Virus record (IMG/VR): IMGVR_UViG_3300012944_000006
Direction: 5' to 3' (one strand)
Source of the DNA: a virus
DNA length: 64,000 nucleotides
This document shows, one piece after another, positions 61,688-64,000 of the stretch. Numbering within the stretch: position 1 is the first letter of the stretch; each line of letters opens with the position of its first letter. The position numbers and the translations under genes are program-made. A model generated the notes under the pieces. That model was given only the letters and a program-made list of their open reading frames with translations. It was not told where the DNA came from and ran no database searches.

Positions 61688-64000
61688 TATTGACTAACCG
61701 TGCAACCCCATGAAACTGCTGAAGGTGTGATTGATCCTGTAGTAGGATTCGTAAGCCGAACCGATACTGTATTGCTTGCGCTTATCCAAGAAGACCAAGA
61801 CAAATTTACATTACCTAAGGTAGCTAGTGGTGAGCACACAGCTCCGTGCATCGAAGTGGTAGCACTGGTTACTGTAACCGTTTGTTCTTGCGCTGTTTGA
61901 GCTGCTATAGCAGTATAGGTTAGAGTACCACTTCCTGTAAGAAGTGTACTCGCAGCCAAAGGTGTAGTACCCTTAAAGATATTAGCTGCCGACAAATAGG
62001 AACTCGCATTGAACTGCGACGTGGTTGTAATGATTGGAGAGAAGGGACATCCAGTTCCAGACCAAGTAGCTGGAGCATAAATATCTACCGTCATAGCCGG
62101 GTCAGTACTTAAACCCCCAAAACGAAAATAATGAATCGGCGATGCTGATGGACCAATCGATTGGAATGTTTGCCAAGTAGTTGTAAGATTGGCAAGCGTT
62201 ATAGGTGCGACGTTTCCAGATACGTTTCCGTCGAAACGAAGAGTACCTGTTCCCGATGGAACCTTCAGCTGTACGCAGGTTGTAATAGAACCAGAAGGTC
62301 CAGACGAAGAAGAAGTATTGGTGTAATTCCAATTTGCACTAGCTGCATTGAGAACAACCTCGCAGGCATTGTTTCCACCATCAGGATCGGGTTGACCGCA
62401 AGTGATTGAAGAAATTGGAGTTATGCTGTAGTTTGCAGGCCAACCCGCAGTCGCAGCAACCATGTTAGCAGAGTTCTGTATGTAGTTAGCACCCCTGGCA
62501 ATTTTAACTGCCCCAGATACTTGACTATTTATACCATTAACTGAATCAGAAGAATAATAGATCTTCCAAATACTTCCACCAGAATCCCATGTTTCTTGAG
62601 TAAACACGGGAGTAGTATTAGCTGGCTGACCTTTAAAACAAAAGCGATTGATAGTAAACGGTGAAGTTGAGGTAAGATCATACCAGCAACGACTGTCTTT
62701 AAAATGCAGGCCTGCGTCTGGCATTGAGGAAGAACCCCCCAATGTGTTTTCTGAAAATGAATTCTTTCCGGCCGGTCCAGTCGGTGACATCTCGACTCCG
62801 GCATTTCTGTCTACAAACAAGCCCCCTGCTACATTCGCGCCCGAATTGTAAGTAAGAAACTGGATCGCATAGGAACCGCCCCCATAAATGTTGGGAATAT
62901 TCGCTGCTGAAGACACGATGTTAGCAGTAGCAGTTGTGTTTTGGATCGCATAGACAATGCCAAAATTTGGGACAATGACATTTCCAGAGTTTGTTGCTGG
63001 CGTCGATCCATAGCCTCGAAACACATTATTGATGAGCTGGACGCTGTAACCTTGGGACTGCGCATTGCCGGAAAAGCCAGAACCAGTACCGGGGATGACT
63101 GTCTCTATACCTTCAACGCGATTACCCACCGTGACTTCGCCGCAGGGAAATGCAACCAATGTGCAATTCGATGAATATCCCCCGCTGCCCGAACCATGGT
63201 TCGCTTCAAGGTGATTGTCCTGAAGCGTGACTGACCCGAAGTTGTTTCCATTGGTAGTCCTGATAACAACCCCGGTAACCCATGCCGCCCCAATTCCTGA
63301 TCCACTTGTGCAGAGCCCAGGGCGTGAGCAAGAAACCCCTCGAATCACACCATGTGGTGAAAGATCGCTAGCGAATCCAGAATAGATTATACGTTCGAAA
63401 TCGTTCTGTTGTTTACTTGCATCTGCAGCACAAGGGGCTGAAGACAGCGGATTTGCATCCGCGCAAGTAAGATCCAAAAAGTTTTGGGGAGTAAGAGTTG
63501 CAGCGTTTGTAGGTGAATCTAAATATACAGGAAACCAATCAACAGTATTTAATGGAATTGTAGTAGCTGTTGCAGTAATACCTGAAGTTAATGTAGCTGT
63601 TTCGGAATGCCCACCGACTCGAACACTATGATTAATACGAGGTTGCCCTGAAAATGGAAATCCTTCAAAATAACAATTCTTAATCGTACCATTTTCGACT
63701 AGGAACTCAAAACCATTTTCAAAGTTCAACGGTTTTGCGGAGCATCCATCAACCGAAATGTTCTGTCCAGTTGCGTAAAGAGCATAGTGAGAATCTGGAA
63801 TAATAACCCCACTGGCTGGATAAACACCCGCAATGCAGTTGTCTCCCCAACAAAAACCACTGTCATCCTGCCCGGCACCAATTATTTTAAGATTATTAAA
63901 ATAACTTTCATTATCGGCAACAAATTGAGCAGGCCAACGGCAGTTGGTGATGGTTATGTCATCACCACCAACACGTTCACCATCACCTTGAATATTTAAA
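61687..64000 (-). CDS. beta-helix tailspike-like protein, 5' end outside the window
   Basis: The reading frame stays open upstream of the listed TTG at 63729 to the window edge; Gly/Asn/Ser/Thr-rich periodic sequence. Confidence 0.6.
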   Translation of the reverse strand, partial: LNIQGDGERVGGDDITITNCRWPAQFVADNESYFNNLKIIGAGQDDSGFCWGDNCIAGVYPASGVIIPDSHYALYATGQNISVDGCSAKPLNFENGFEFLVENGTIKNCYFEGFPFSGQPRINHSVRVGGHSETATLTSGITATATTIPLNTVDWFPVYLDSPTNAATLTPQNFLDLTCADANPLSSAPCAADASKQQNDFERIIYSGFASDLSPHGVIRGVSCSRPGLCTSGSGIGAAWVTGVVIRTTNGNNFGSVTLQDNHLEANHGSGSGGYSSNCTLVAFPCGEVTVGNRVEGIETVIPGTGSGFSGNAQSQGYSVQLINNVFRGYGSTPATNSGNVIVPNFGIVYAIQNTTATANIVSSAANIPNIYGGGSYAIQFLTYNSGANVAGGLFVDRNAGVEMSPTGPAGKNSFSENTLGGSSSMPDAGLHFKDSRCWYDLTSTSPFTINRFCFKGQPANTTPVFTQETWDSGGSIWKIYYSSDSVNGINSQVSGAVKIARGANYIQNSANMVAATAGWPANYSITPISSITCGQPDPDGGNNACEVVLNAASANWNYTNTSSSSGPSGSITTCVQLKVPSGTGTLRFDGNVSGNVAPITLANLTTTWQTFQSIGPSASPIHYFRFGGLSTDPAMTVDIYAPATWSGTGCPFSPIITTTSQFNASSYLSAANIFKGTTPLAASTLLTGSGTLTYTAIAAQTAQEQTVTVTSATTSMHGAVCSPLATLGNVNLSWSSWISASNTVSVRLTNPTTGSITPSAVSWGCTVSQ

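Noticed and set aside
50514-64000. Diversity-generating retroelement acting on tail fibre genes
   Set aside because: There is no reverse transcriptase ORF in the window, and I saw no template/variable repeat pair near the fibre gene 3' ends.

Overview
The window reads as most of the genome of a tailed dsDNA bacteriophage or prophage, in three transcription blocks. (i) 7-12423, minus strand: packaging and head genes (putative small terminase, large terminase, portal, scaffold, major capsid), two HNH-type nucleases, a histidine phosphatase and a release-factor-like GGQ protein. (ii) 13247-42733, plus strand: about 70 early/middle genes. These comprise many tiny ORFs, then a ~9.7 kb island of amide-bond-forming enzymes, then recombination/replication and nucleotide-pool genes, and a tyrosine integrase. 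The island holds three paralogous GS/GCS-type COOH-NH2 ligases, a class-II glutamine amidotransferase, a RimK-like ATP-grasp, a gamma-glutamylcyclotransferase, several zinc-ribbon proteins and a sigma factor. The replication set holds a PD-(D/E)xK nuclease, a RecA-like ATPase, a UDG-PolA fusion, a P-loop helicase-like protein, a metallophosphoesterase, a deoxynucleotidase and a dNTP pyrophosphohydrolase-like protein. (iii) 42730-64000, minus strand: virion/tail genes. These include a 1699-aa protein, nozzle-like proteins, five consecutive signal-peptide-bearing glycan-active/beta-helix proteins, an endonuclease VII and a beta-helix spike that runs off the window. I saw no rRNA, tRNA or CRISPR array. 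The features most worth follow-up are: (a) the ligase/GATase/ATP-grasp/GGCT island, whose substrate is unknown; (b) two duplicated 77-codon genes built from a 6-nt periodic (S/T/F)(G/W/R) repeat that is also extremely GATC-dense; (c) a ~22-nt motif YACCAGGC-N5-8-CCCCT(C) present at least 24 times in both orientations, at gene starts, flanking the integrase and inside ORFs; (d) several long, highly structured non-coding segments. All functional calls come from motifs read by eye in the supplied translations and from gene order. No database search was run.
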